The position numbers were made by a program, and so were the translations under genes. From contig NC_088854.1 of NCBI RefSeq assembly GCF_963853765.1, forward strand, positions 23,374,001-23,438,000: DNA of 64,000 nt. The letters are read 5' to 3'. Within the stretch, counting starts at the first letter, position 1. Each line of letters starts with the position of its first letter. A model generated the notes under the pieces. The model ran no database searches and was not told where the DNA came from. It worked only from the letters and a program-made list of their open reading frames with translations. This DNA comes from Magallana gigas. Taxonomy: Eukaryota. Positions 45,684 to 57,708 of the stretch are shown piece after piece.

Positions 45684-48600
45684 ATGGTAAGAGTTATCTA
45701 AAAGAAAAATGGCGACGAACAAGGCACGTGTATTTGTTTTTATTTTGAAAGCATATAAGACATGAAGAACTAAACCTCATAGTTTATAATCATGTCAACG
45801 ATTTTAATTAATTATAATCATCTAGTGAAATTCCTTTGAATTTCATGATGTAATTTTGCTGGTAATAAGCAGATAAGAAACTTCTTTTATAGTAATTTAT
45901 ACCATGTTTACTGAGGCCAGTAGCTAGTGACGTATATATATACTATATACGCCCCTGCTGAGGCAGAGATTTAATTTAACTGTTCACTTCATTGTGTGCA
46001 TTGAGGTAAAGATTAATATGATAACTAATTAATGTAAATGATTGTCAAACAATTATTGTTGACCAGGGTAAACTTTCATGAGAATTTTAAGTGGCTTTAC
46101 TTTTGGAATGTTTTATCAACATGATAGTTACCAAAATTTAAGCTCTCTACACCTCTACAAGTTCACTTCATTGTGTTTAATTCATTGTATGCATTAATGA
46201 TGAAGATATGGTAATAAATATTTTTATCACCTAATTTATACTATCACATATTCGACAAGCTATTCTGCAATTGTCTGAATGTCATGTTGCTCATAGGACT
46301 AAAGGAGAAATCCTAAGAAATTCCTTCTTTGACTTTATCTGTTTTCATTCTTTAGAACTCAAATTATGAAAAGCCAAAAGATTTGAAGTTTGATGATTTG
46401 GTAGTAGATATTTGCTTCCATCCAAATCGTGAGGTTATTGCTGCAGGACACATTGGAGGAAATGTGACGATGTAAGTAAGAGCTTAATAAACAAGCTATA
46501 GTATGTCGGCAGTTTGTTGCAAGAAGTCTCATTGGATTGAATGTGTTTGGTTTTCTGTTTTGTTATTAGCGAAAATGAAGGTTCCATGAATAAACATGAT
46601 AAAATACTTTGTAGTTTAAAATGCAATGAAAATGTATGGTCACTCACTGGATACATTTTCAATTTTCATATTACACTTGGAAAATGTACATCACATTGAA
46701 TTTTAAGTAGTGCAGTTGAAATAACATTGATATATACATTAAAAAAACTGTTAAAATAAACATGAAAAAAGAAAAGAATATCTCATGGCTTATGATAGTA
46801 TTCATTGTATATGCTTTTTATCCAAGTATTGTTGCATGTGTTTTGATCATCATTAAAGTTTGTTGTAAAAAAAACACAACTATGGTGGTTTTTTTCAAGT
46901 AGATCACCTCCCATGAGGACATTTTAACTAATATATTTATATATCAGCAATTCATTTTCAGACACACATATTCCACCACGGGGGAAAATAATGAACTGAT
47001 GAACCTGGAACACCACAAAAAAGCCTGCAGAGCTCTGAAATTTTCCAGTGATGGCATCCATCTCTATACAGCATCTAAAGACAAATCCATCCAAGTGATA
47101 GACCTCAACACAGGATCTGTCAAACAAAAACTCAAAGGAGCACACAGGTACAACTGTGACGTGTCCTAATATCATATCGCTCTGCTACACACTTTAGTCA
47201 TATATACAGAATATATACCTGTTCATCAGTGTGTAGTTTTATGAGGACAGAATAAAATTATTGTTGGTTTAGAATTGCCCCCCGCCTCATTGAAATACCC
47301 TCTAGTGATAATATTTTTTATAGCAAACAATAAAAAACTTTTTTTTATAGGTAGATTTTTTTTTTAACCAATTTTTATTTGATTTGAACATATTTTATTA
47401 TGCAAAAATACATTTACATAAATGGATTTACCAATTTTTGATTACCGTAATTAGAATTCAAGTTTGAAATATAAAAACAAATCCCTCCCTCCCTCCTGGG
47501 TCTAGAAACCTCCAGGTGGCAATTCCAAACAATTTTTTTAAAGATGGCCTTAGATCAAATTGGTTTCAGTGGTGTCACGTAAATAATCATATGTAGTTAA
47601 GTGGTTTTGAAATTAATTTCAAATTTTCTGTTATCCCTGTTTTAAGTGTTTCAGTTCTTTGATAGATTAGTTGATATTGATTTTATCAAACATTTTACAG
47701 TTCAGCCATATATTGTCTACAAGTAACTGGTGAAAACTTCCTCGCTTCTGGGGATGATGATGGCTGTTTGAAGGTAATATAAGCATGTGCATGTGGTTAG
47801 CAATTTGATTTAGAAGGTATTAAATGCTTCTGAAGTCAAGGAAAGATTAAAATTGGTATGCTTTTATGGATTAACAACAAAAATTGAAATACATTTTTAG
47901 GTAACAATTACTGATTAAAAACTTAATTACAAGGTTGTAAATAAATTTTCTATTCAAGTTGAAGAGGGCAGTTTTAGAGTAAAATCAGACATTGTTTGCC
48001 TTTTATTTTGTTGTACCCTAGAACAGCTTTGGGATTTAAGGACCAAGACGGCAGTGATGGATATGAAAGAAAACGAGGACTATATCAGTGACTTAGCTGT
48101 AGATGACCAACAGAAATTCCTACTGGCTACAAGGTACATGAGCCGGTAGTTTTTACTTCTAACAATAACATGTTACAGTGTGGAATAAAGGAGAATGGGA
48201 GTGGCAAAATGTTCATTTAGAAATGATATAAGATTTCTTACGCCTTTTAAAATTTGAGGTAACTGTATATTACTGAAATAATGATTTTGTTTTTCTCTCA
48301 TGTTTTTTGCTAGTGGAGATGGAACACTGACAGCATTCAACATAAGACAGAAAAGAATGGAACTTCAGTCCGAGTTGTTTGACTCTGAGCTACTGTCATT
48401 GTCAATTTTAAAAGTAAATATTATTATTAGTAGTCTAATTGAATGGTAATATCTTGTGTAAATGAAGTATCAAAGAATTACATGAAAAGATTAATTCATG
48501 TAGTGCATGAACGGTACATATAATTTTTCAAAAATACATACTGATGTTAGTTTTCTGAATACTTCACTGTGCTCTTTTTTTTTTATTAACAAAATAATTA

Positions 48601-49514
48601 TTTTGTTGCCATTATAGACTTATTCATAACTTTTAGGGGAACCAGAAGGTCTTGTGTGGTACCTCAGAGGGGGTCATCAACATCTTTAATTGGGGAGAGT
48701 GGGGAAATATCAGTGACCGATTTCCAGGCCACCCTCTGTCAATCGACTGTATGGTGCCAATCACCAGAGATATTGTGTGCACAGGCTCCAGTGATGGCAT
48801 TGTCAGGTATATAGAACCTACGTATAGACCTGCCTTATTTGGTATATAGGTACTTGTTTGAAATCTTTGTACTCAAGTCTGTCAGTCATTGACAGAACTG
48901 ATTTTCATTACTTATATTTTTTCAATCAGTTGGAAGTACATAAGTACAAGTTCAATGTACATGTTGATAAATGCAAAGTCACTGTCTTTGTACATGAATG
49001 AGAGAGAGAGAGACAAACACACACACACACACACACATTGTTCTATCCCTTTTATTGGATTGTTTAATATACACAGAATTTCTTTGAACTATTTTCAGAA
49101 ATTCTATTCAAATTATAAAAGATTTTTCATTAGTACTGGTACGTGCAACCCTGTATTAAATATATTTTTATCTTCCTTTTCAGAGCTGTTCATATCCTGC
49201 CAAACAGATTTATGGGTGTGGTTGGAGAACATGATGAATTCCCAGTTGAAAACCTAAGTCTCTCACATGACAGAAAATTGCTAGCAAGTTGTTCACATGA
49301 CCAGACTGTAAAATTCTGGAAGGTTGATAACCTTAAAAAAGAAAAAGTGAATACAAAAAAGAAAGCCAAAAAGACTAACAAACCCAAGCACCTGGCTCCA
49401 AAGGATGACTTCTTTGCTGGCCTGGCAGAAGGTGAACCTTCATCAAAAACTGAAAAGAATGATGAAGATGATGACAATGATGATAGTGATGATGATAGTG
49501 ATGATGATGAATAA
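45684..49514 (+). CDS. WDR55: WD repeat-containing protein 55, ~361 aa (first exon uncertain)
   Basis: Exons (45684-45686 or 45709-45723), 46356-46471, 46962-47147, 47701-47773, 48027-48133, 48314-48413, 48637-48806, 49184-49514. Motifs FHPNREVIAAG, HHKKACRAL, SKDKSIQVID, ASGDDDGCLKLWD, SIDCMVP, CTGSSDGIVRAVHILPNR, LASCSHDQTVKFW, DDFFAGL, acidic tail. Confidence 0.93.
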
Positions 49515-50169
49515 ATCAATTGTTGTAAGATGAATTTGTCAGTTTCTGTTCATGGTATATTAAAGATATTCCGATTTTCTGAAACGGCCAACTGCAAACA
49601 GTATATTCCGCACTGGCTAATTTGGGTCAGGAAAACTTGAATAATGAAGGCCCTTGCTCCTTTGTATGCAGGATACTCTCCATATTCTGTTTTTAAAGAT
49701 CTGTGAGCAGACTGTGTTTTTTGTTCGCTGGCTCTTCTTATACTCTTCATATACAAATGCCAGTAATAAAGCACATTAAATACAAGTTTATTTTATTTAG
49801 TTAATCAGCTCAAAAACCATTGCAGTATTATGAAATTAATAGACCATTGCAAGGGTAATGAATGAAGACATCAGAACATGGATGACAGGAACATTGTCTT
49901 CCACTCCAGTTTTATTGTTCTCTCCCTCCACTCATCAAACAAGTTTGTATCATTGTTTGTGAGCTTTTCCTTTGATGTCAGCAATTCATTTTTTCTTGAT
50001 ACACAACAGTTTTATGTGGTGTATCTGTGATAGATCACACTTTAAAAAAAAATAAAGAGTAGCAAAAAATAAGAAAATTGTATTTATCATTTACAAATTC
50101 ATGAACTTATCATTTTTTACTGCTTAAACAGCCACTTAATTACGGCTCGAAATGAAATACACAATTATC

Positions 50170-50460
50170 TAAATCCGGTGTACTCCACGAGTCCAGATTT
50201 TTTCCTCATCTTCCGGCATTATCGAATCAACTTGTCGCACTTTGGTACCTGAGCCCTTTGATAATAATTCCTTCATGCAAACATCTAAAACTTTGCCGAA
50301 AACGGCAATAAGGTCGCCATGTTCATCAAGAAAATTCACTGCCATTCTGTTTATGTACATCTAAAACAAAGCGCCATTACAAGTAATTCTGTTTAGGATC
50401 TTCATCCCGGAGATGCATATCAACAGATTGTGAATGTTCAGGTTTCCTAATTTACTTAAG
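50170..50460 (-). pseudogene. Fragment of a Crypton-A/DUF3504-like tyrosine-recombinase-associated ORF
   Basis: FLDEHGD...LDVCMKELLSKGSGTKVRQVDSIMPEDEEKIWTRGV fits the LDxxMKxLxxxGxG...QAxxI...ExxLWxxG pattern of Crypton-A/ZMYM/KCTD1-type proteins. Flanking sequence has stops and the match truncates. Confidence 0.65.
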
Positions 50461-50710
50461 AAATTCGGTTTCAACTATATCCTAAGAATTGCGAGAGCAT
50501 AAATTCACAACCGTCATCCACGGCATTTTTGCTTAAAAGGGCGAGGTAGATGGAACTTTCATAAAATGTATTACGCTTAACTTCTAGAATCACGTGCTCT
50601 TTTTCATTGGTCATATAAAATGGAACATAATAAAATTTTGATAGATCATGGGCAACTCAGTGCATTGAAAACAACGATACAAAACATATAGAGTAACTTT
50701 TTAACTTGTG

Positions 50711-50765
50711 CATCTTCAGATATCAGACTCGGGGGACAAGCCCCCTCGTCTGTTATCTGAAGATA
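50711..50765. repeat. 55-bp hairpin starting CATCTTC
   Basis: 18-nt arms plus inner GGGGG/CCCCC with loop ACAAG. Outer TTAAC/GTTAA extends the symmetry to 50701-50775. Confidence 0.85.
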
Positions 50766-53454
50766 CACTCGTTAAAATGTACTCTATATATTACTTGAAA
50801 TACGAATGTGAAATATATGTATGTCCTTACATCGTATTAAAGAGCAAGCAGGTAAAAACGGATCACCTCGTATCTAAACCTAAATTCTAAAGGAAATTAC
50901 ACGATCAGCTACGTTTTGTCAACCATGCCGTTCGTAGCAGATCGTAGTGGGAATGACAATTAGAACTTTACATTACTTGTATAAAGAATGGTAAAGGAAA
51001 ATATTTTTGAATGCCCTTTGCGGTATGTGATCAAATGACATTTTAAATGTGGACCTAAAAAATCAAAAACATTCTTTTTGCGTTCCTGAAGGAGGTGGCA
51101 TTTCTACGAAAACCCATAGAGTTTATTTTCGTTGTTAAAAAAAATGTTTCGCGAATAAACACGCAATTCCTTCAAATAATTAACATATCGTTGAGAATGT
51201 GATTTTCAATATATCAATGAAAATTGATAACCCCAATAATTATGAAATTACATTATGTACATTATGTAAAAGTCTTTACATCCATCGACAAAGTGCTTGT
51301 ATCACAGCTTAAATACCGTCAACTATATTAACTTAATATGCTCTTAATCGTTGAAGTACGCGAAATAAAAAAGGCTATAAGAACCCCCCCCCCCAGGCAA
51401 AAACATTTACCCCCCCCCCCCTTGAAAAAATTTTATGGACCCGCGCATGACCAGAAATTAGATTTCATGAAAAGGGACCGATAGAAATATTTTTAAAAAT
51501 CCGGTTTTCCCCTTTGTTTTTGACAAAATAATCTGAACGACTTCATTTGGATTTTTGGGTTGATTTTTTCCCGTTATTTTTATTTTTTTTTAATCAGTTG
51601 TAACTCATACAGAAACTGACAAGACTGAAATCTTCGCCATACAGTGATTATATAAGGACCTGTCGGCGTGTGAATAGTTAATTGCATTCCTTAACTTCAA
51701 TTTGAAACTGCTTTCAAATCCATTGTTTAATTATGTAACGGACATGTAAAATTAAATTCAAATAGCTATAATAAACAATATTTATTTTCATCGTTCATTT
51801 ACTTAAAGTGTTGACTGAATGGATATCTAACGTTACATTTGAGAGCACAAACTTCACCGACTTGCACGGGCAAGAAATGCCGGTTGTGTCGTTTGTGAAT
51901 TTAAAACATAATTCATGCATGCATTAACCACTTTACACTTATTATACGTTTGATGATTCCACGAAACACCCCGCAATCCATGTAATGGTGGTTTTTTTTT
52001 AAGGATCGTACGTGAATATTATGATATTATAAGCTACAGAAAAGGGGAGTTAATTACATGCTGAGAAATTTAGGGATCATACAATATATTTCTTACTTCA
52101 TTTTGATTTTATTTCTTATTTCTCGTTGCAACTTTTTTTAATGAAATCAAATAGAATTATGTTGTATAACGTTATATGGATACCCTGAATTGTGTGTAAG
52201 AGATTTAAATAGACAAAGCTACATGTATATCTTCGAGATCTGTATTTCAAACCCTTAGTGGCTACCGTACAAATAATCTTTCGACAGTTTCGTCGGACTG
52301 CGCATGTTTTGACAGCTGAACGGCTTTTTTTACCAGTAATTTTTACAAGATTTACAAATATTATTGAGATATCGTAAGTATAAAATTCATGCATCAGTTT
52401 ATTTCCTGTTGTGAGATTCAATGCTGTAACGTAATTGTACTGTTGAATCGCGATATTGAAAAAAGTATTCTACTTTCGTTTTAACAATCGGCCATCAAAC
52501 GCATAGATACTAATCTTTTTGACAAAAAGTGCAGAAAGTTTTATACGTTAAACAAGTTCTACACTTGTTGTTACATATGTTTATGCATATAATAATATTA
52601 TTTTAATGTATCTGAATCACAATATGCCGTTTTTCTGGGTTTTGTTTTGAAATAGTTATAAAATATAAAATTATAAAATAGTTTTGAAAATGTTTAAATA
52701 AACTAAGCTATATATTCATGTCTTTAACCGTTTTATTTGGCTAAAATGTTGTGATAACTTCATTATGTACAAATGATTTGATCCAGATAATAAATATGAT
52801 TTATAACATTATTTGATAATAATAAAAAAAAGAAAGTATGGATATACGTAACTGATGAGGCAGTTACAATCCGCAATGACACACAGATGTACAACCCTAC
52901 CGAGCCAAATAATATTACATCTACACTGTATTTAGTAGAAGAAATAGTAAATTGTTTGACCCACTTGAAAGATGATACATAGTCTAGCCAATACCATCAG
53001 TATTTGCTTGTATTTTTATGATAGTGAGATAAGACGGTCACCTTTATTTCTCCACAGTTATCTGTAAGTTTTCAGTATAATTAATTTTACTAAACTGTAT
53101 GATAGTGGTCCAGTATCCAGGAAGATATTTAACTTTGACTGGAAAGGAAGCTTAGTTCCGATCATTAGAAACTTTATATTTAGACACATGAAAATTCAGA
53201 TCGCACAGTTTTGTTATTATCGTACATGTACATACATGTAGTCACGTGTTTTGTTAGCAGCATTTCAAATTCGTCTTTGTATAAATCTTGCACAGAGCTT
53301 TCCCCTTTATTTCTAGGAAGATTAAGAATTTAGGTCGCAATATTTTAATCATGTCATTGTAACATTTATTATAATTATACCTTTCTTTCTTTTTTAAAAT
53401 CAGTTTTAACCTCCACCCCTTTTGTTTACCCATGCAGGAATTCTATAACTAGCT

Positions 53455-56076
53455 ATGGCGTGCGCACAAGAGGATCGCCTGATGACCGCTGCCATAGATT
53501 TTGGCACGACCTACTCGGGCTATTGCTTCTCGTTTCGCCACGACTTTGAGAACGACCCCCTCAAGGTCTCGGCCAACACTTGGACGGCGGGGACGGCTGG
53601 CCTCGTGTCCCTCAAAACCCCCACCACCGTACTACTGGACAGCAACCAGGAGCTGGTGGCGTTTGGATACGAAGCGGAAGATCGCTACGCGGAGTTAGCG
53701 GAAGATGAGGAGCATGCAGAATATTACTACTTCCGGCGATTCAAGATGACCTTGTTTCAGTCATCATCTGTAAGCTTTGTTTGAAATAAATAAGAAAACA
53801 AATACAAAAGTGCTTTTAAATAATATTGTAATTAACGATGATAATGCTTCAATGACGGATATACATGTATGACCTCTATCAATGGCCTTGACACTTCACC
53901 TTTAATGATATAGACCTGTGAATCTGACCTTTCACATGCTAGAAACAATTGCGATCAATATTCGAAAGTTTTTATCAGATATACATATTCTCGTATTATT
54001 CATGGTTGCAGCGACTGACGCGAGACACCATGCTAAAAGATATGGCCGGTGGAAAGCAAGCTAAAGCCATAAAAGTATTTGCACATGCTATCCGGTATCT
54101 GAAGGACCATATGTTGAATACTCTGGAGCAGCGAGGCGCGGGAATCAAGGCCAAGGACATTAACTGGGTGCTGACGGTTCCCGCAATCTGGGAGGACCCT
54201 GCTAAGCAGTTCATGCGGGAGGCTGCAGAAGAGGTCAATATGCACGATTTTTATCAATATCAAGCTATATTTCTAATATCACTAGAACCTACATTGGATC
54301 AGTCAGAGAAACACTCCATAAACGCATTATTATTAATATATCATACCAAAAACTAGCTATTTTTTTCTTTCTGTACAATAGGCAGGAATAAGCCGTAATC
54401 AGCTCATGATAGCGCTTGAACCCGAGGCAGCCTCTTTGTTCTGTAAATATCTGCCCATAGAAAAGCTACAGGGCTCGGAAGGAGGAATCGGTGCTTTTAA
54501 GCCCGGAAGTCGATATCTTGTGCTTGACGCAGGAGGTAAGCAAGGATGGTAGAAACTACAGAACAATAATACAGTAGCGTAATTTAATGAATTTATTTTA
54601 TATCAGTATGAACTGTATATTAAAAGCCCATCTGCTTATCGTGCATTAAAATTGTAATTGCGACCTAATGATACAGTATGGTGATTTGTTGCAATAGCAC
54701 GGATTCTTGTCCGTTTGTTTCAATAAAAATCCCCTTTATGACCACCTGAAGAGCCCTTGAACCCATGTTATTCTAAGATCAAACCTGAATATATGATCGC
54801 ATGTATGATGTGACGTGTTTTGTACTGGTCAACGATATTTTTATTGGGTTTCATTGTGGGCGATTTATTCAAAACCATAGAGCTATAAAAACTGACGGCA
54901 TCTTTTAAATGAATGTGAATATAGATCATATTTTGTATAGAATAATTTTAAATATCGTTATATGTTAATTAATATTTGTTATTAAATAGTCGTGGTCTCT
55001 GAACTATTTCAGGAGGAACTGTCGATATCACTGTACACGAGGTTCAGTTCAATGGAACGTTGAAGGAGCTGGACAAAGCTAGCGGTGGGGCCTGGGGCGG
55101 GACTAGAGTGGACGAGTCCTTCAAAGAAATGCTGGAGGAGATAGTGGGCGGGGGCATGCTGGAAGAGTTCGCCTTGTCGCACACTGCCGACTACATCGAT
55201 CTGTTCAGAGATTTCGAAACCAAAAAACGCAACGTCAAAGACGACTCGCCCGGGAAAATCACCATACGAATACCAATCACTTTACAAGAGTTGTACGAGG
55301 AACGAGCAGAGGGAGAAATTAAGAAGAAGATTCGTCAAACCAAATACAAAGATGATCTCACATGGGTGGGCGATCGTCTGCGCATTGACAAACCCCGTTT
55401 TGTTGAGCTGTTCTCTGCTGCGTGTGATGGGATGGTGGATCACGTGAAAAAGTTGCTGAAATCACCTAAAGTTCGAGGCACAAACAACATCCTGATGGTT
55501 GGAGGATTTTCTGAATCCCCGTTGCTACAGAAGAGGATTCGAGAAGAATTCCCAAACTGTCGAGTGATCATTCCTCAAGAAGCTGGGTTAGCGGTGTTGA
55601 AAGGTGCCGTTATATTTGGACACCAGCCTGCCACAATAGCGGCACGTATTTCAAAATACACGTATGGTATATCAGTAATGACAAAATTTGATCGCAGTAA
55701 ACATCCCATGTCGAAAATGAAAAAAGTAGAAGGCAAAGAGAAATGTAAAGACGTTTTCGATAAGCATGTTTCAATAGGACAGCTGCTGGAAATAGACGAG
55801 GTTCAGAGTGAAAAGAGCTATTGGCCATTGTATGATGACCAAACACAAGTGTCATTGCGTGTGTTTACATCTACCGATGAGGAGCCGGCATTTGTCGACG
55901 ATCCCGGATGTAGTTATCTTGGGAAGTTGACCGTCGATGTTCCTAAATACGGTTCCGATAAAGAAATATTGTCAAGTTTCACATTTGGTGGAACTGAACT
56001 TAAAGTACAAGCCGTTGTCAAGAGCACGGGAGAAACTACAAGTGCTAATTTTGACTTTTTAGAAGGGGAGCCGTAG
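53455..56076 (+). CDS. HSPA12A: Heat shock 70 kDa protein 12A/12B-like, 584 aa
   Basis: Exons 53455-53769, 54012-54233, 54382-54535, 55013-56076, 1755 nt. Motifs AAIDFGTTYSGY, KTPTTVLLD, WVLTVPAIW, ALEPEAASLFC, VLDAGGGTVDITVHE, ASGGAWGGTRVD, MVGGFSES, GLAVLKGAVIFG. The exact 12A/12B label is not resolvable by eye. Confidence 0.93.
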
Positions 56077-57708
56077 TCGTAAAAACTACAGAGTGCGCAA
56101 TACTAAAACTGCTAGAATGGAAGAAGGCCACTTCGCAAATTCGTCGTATTTCTTGAAACAAGTGAACTATTTGACGTGTCCATTTACTATTATAGCCATA
56201 CCTTCTTCAAATCATATTTTACAATAAATACTAGCAACACACAGATGTCATGATTTTTATATTCAAGGCTCCTCTAAATTAATTTGCTCTGTTCAAAATT
56301 CTTTCTGGTTAAAACTGAAAACATGTAAATTAATAATTAAATATCAAAACAAATACCCGAGTTAGCCGCTGAAAAAACTTTTTAACGGTGTTAAAATACA
56401 TATACAATCATCTATTATTTCCAAAATATTTATCTTCATATGCCAATGAAAAATAGATGTTAATTAATGATTAAACGATCAAATTATATTAAAAAACATT
56501 AGCATGACTGCACAGTGGCAACGATATGGACAGAATGTCAGCTATTTTATTGTGCAAGTTATTTTAACTTTTCTATTTAAAAGGGGGGGGGGGGGGGGTT
56601 CATAAATTGAGAGCTTAATAAAATTATTAAAGTGTATTACAAGTGACACACACCAGAAATTCTTTAATATTAATTCATGGCCTCGCAAATTATTAAAAAA
56701 AATATCAAATTCAAAAATAACTTTTTCCACTAACGTTATATAAATAAAATTATGCATTTCCACAGTAAAATACGCTGAATATGCTCCATTTCTGTGTAGT
56801 CACTCAACAGCTCAATGAATCGGAAATCCATATTTTCCCGCAGAATTTCGTTATTGTGTATACATGTTGGCGAGAAAATATTATTAATAATACACTGGAT
56901 TGGAGGTGATAACTCCCGGGAATTTTATTTCCGTGCGTTTTCTTTTGCAAATTTAGAATTCTTATTGTTGTCTCCCTTTGTAAACAGACAGAAGCCAGGC
57001 TAGCAGAAAGCAAATCGATTTTTCCTCGACTGATGGGAAGAGTGGTATTTGTTCCGTGATGTAACATTAATATTCAATGTTCTTTATAAATAATGTAACT
57101 AGGCTCTAGATCTAGTGAACGCTTATGGTTAAAACTCGCAGAGATATGACGTCCGAATTACCTCTACTTATTACCCGCCCACACATTAGTCTATTTTAAA
57201 GAGTAAGTAAATAATAGTCAGTATTATTATTATTATTTTATTTTTGAAACTTAAAAAGGCTTCTTTTGACCTTTCAATCTCATTGTTACATTGTAAATAT
57301 GTTGTGTTATAAAAATTATCTTGAGGAGGAAATAAAAAAAAAAGAAACAAAATCATTAAAGCAGAAACAAAAATGGTACTTGATGTAACGTTAACTGTGT
57401 TATATTCCGGACATTCCAGCCTTAAAAAATGGGCAGTGACTTGCAATTTAATGAACTGCATAAGGATGATCTGAAAAAATATTTGCTTTTATTGAAATTA
57501 AACAATTATTCCTACATCTCTATTCTGTATTCATTATGGTTTAATTTGAATTTTTTTGCTTTGTAGGATTCATTTTGATAAAGTTTTAAGAAGAAGATAA
57601 TCTAATCTATGCAACTGGGTCAAAAGCAGTGGTTTGCTGATATGTCCTCTGAAACTGGAGGTTGATCATTCAGACCATGGTTACGTGAGATAAACATTTA
57701 CAGAGAGA

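Noticed and set aside
52848-52867. CTGATGAG hammerhead-like core
   Set aside because: The motif is part of a simple GTAACTG/CAGTTAC hairpin, with no stem II followed by GAAA.
671-56598. Scattered poly-C and poly-G runs as G-quadruplex signals
   Set aside because: Several lie inside recognisable MITE/HINE copies, homopolymer lengths are unreliable, and there is no independent support.
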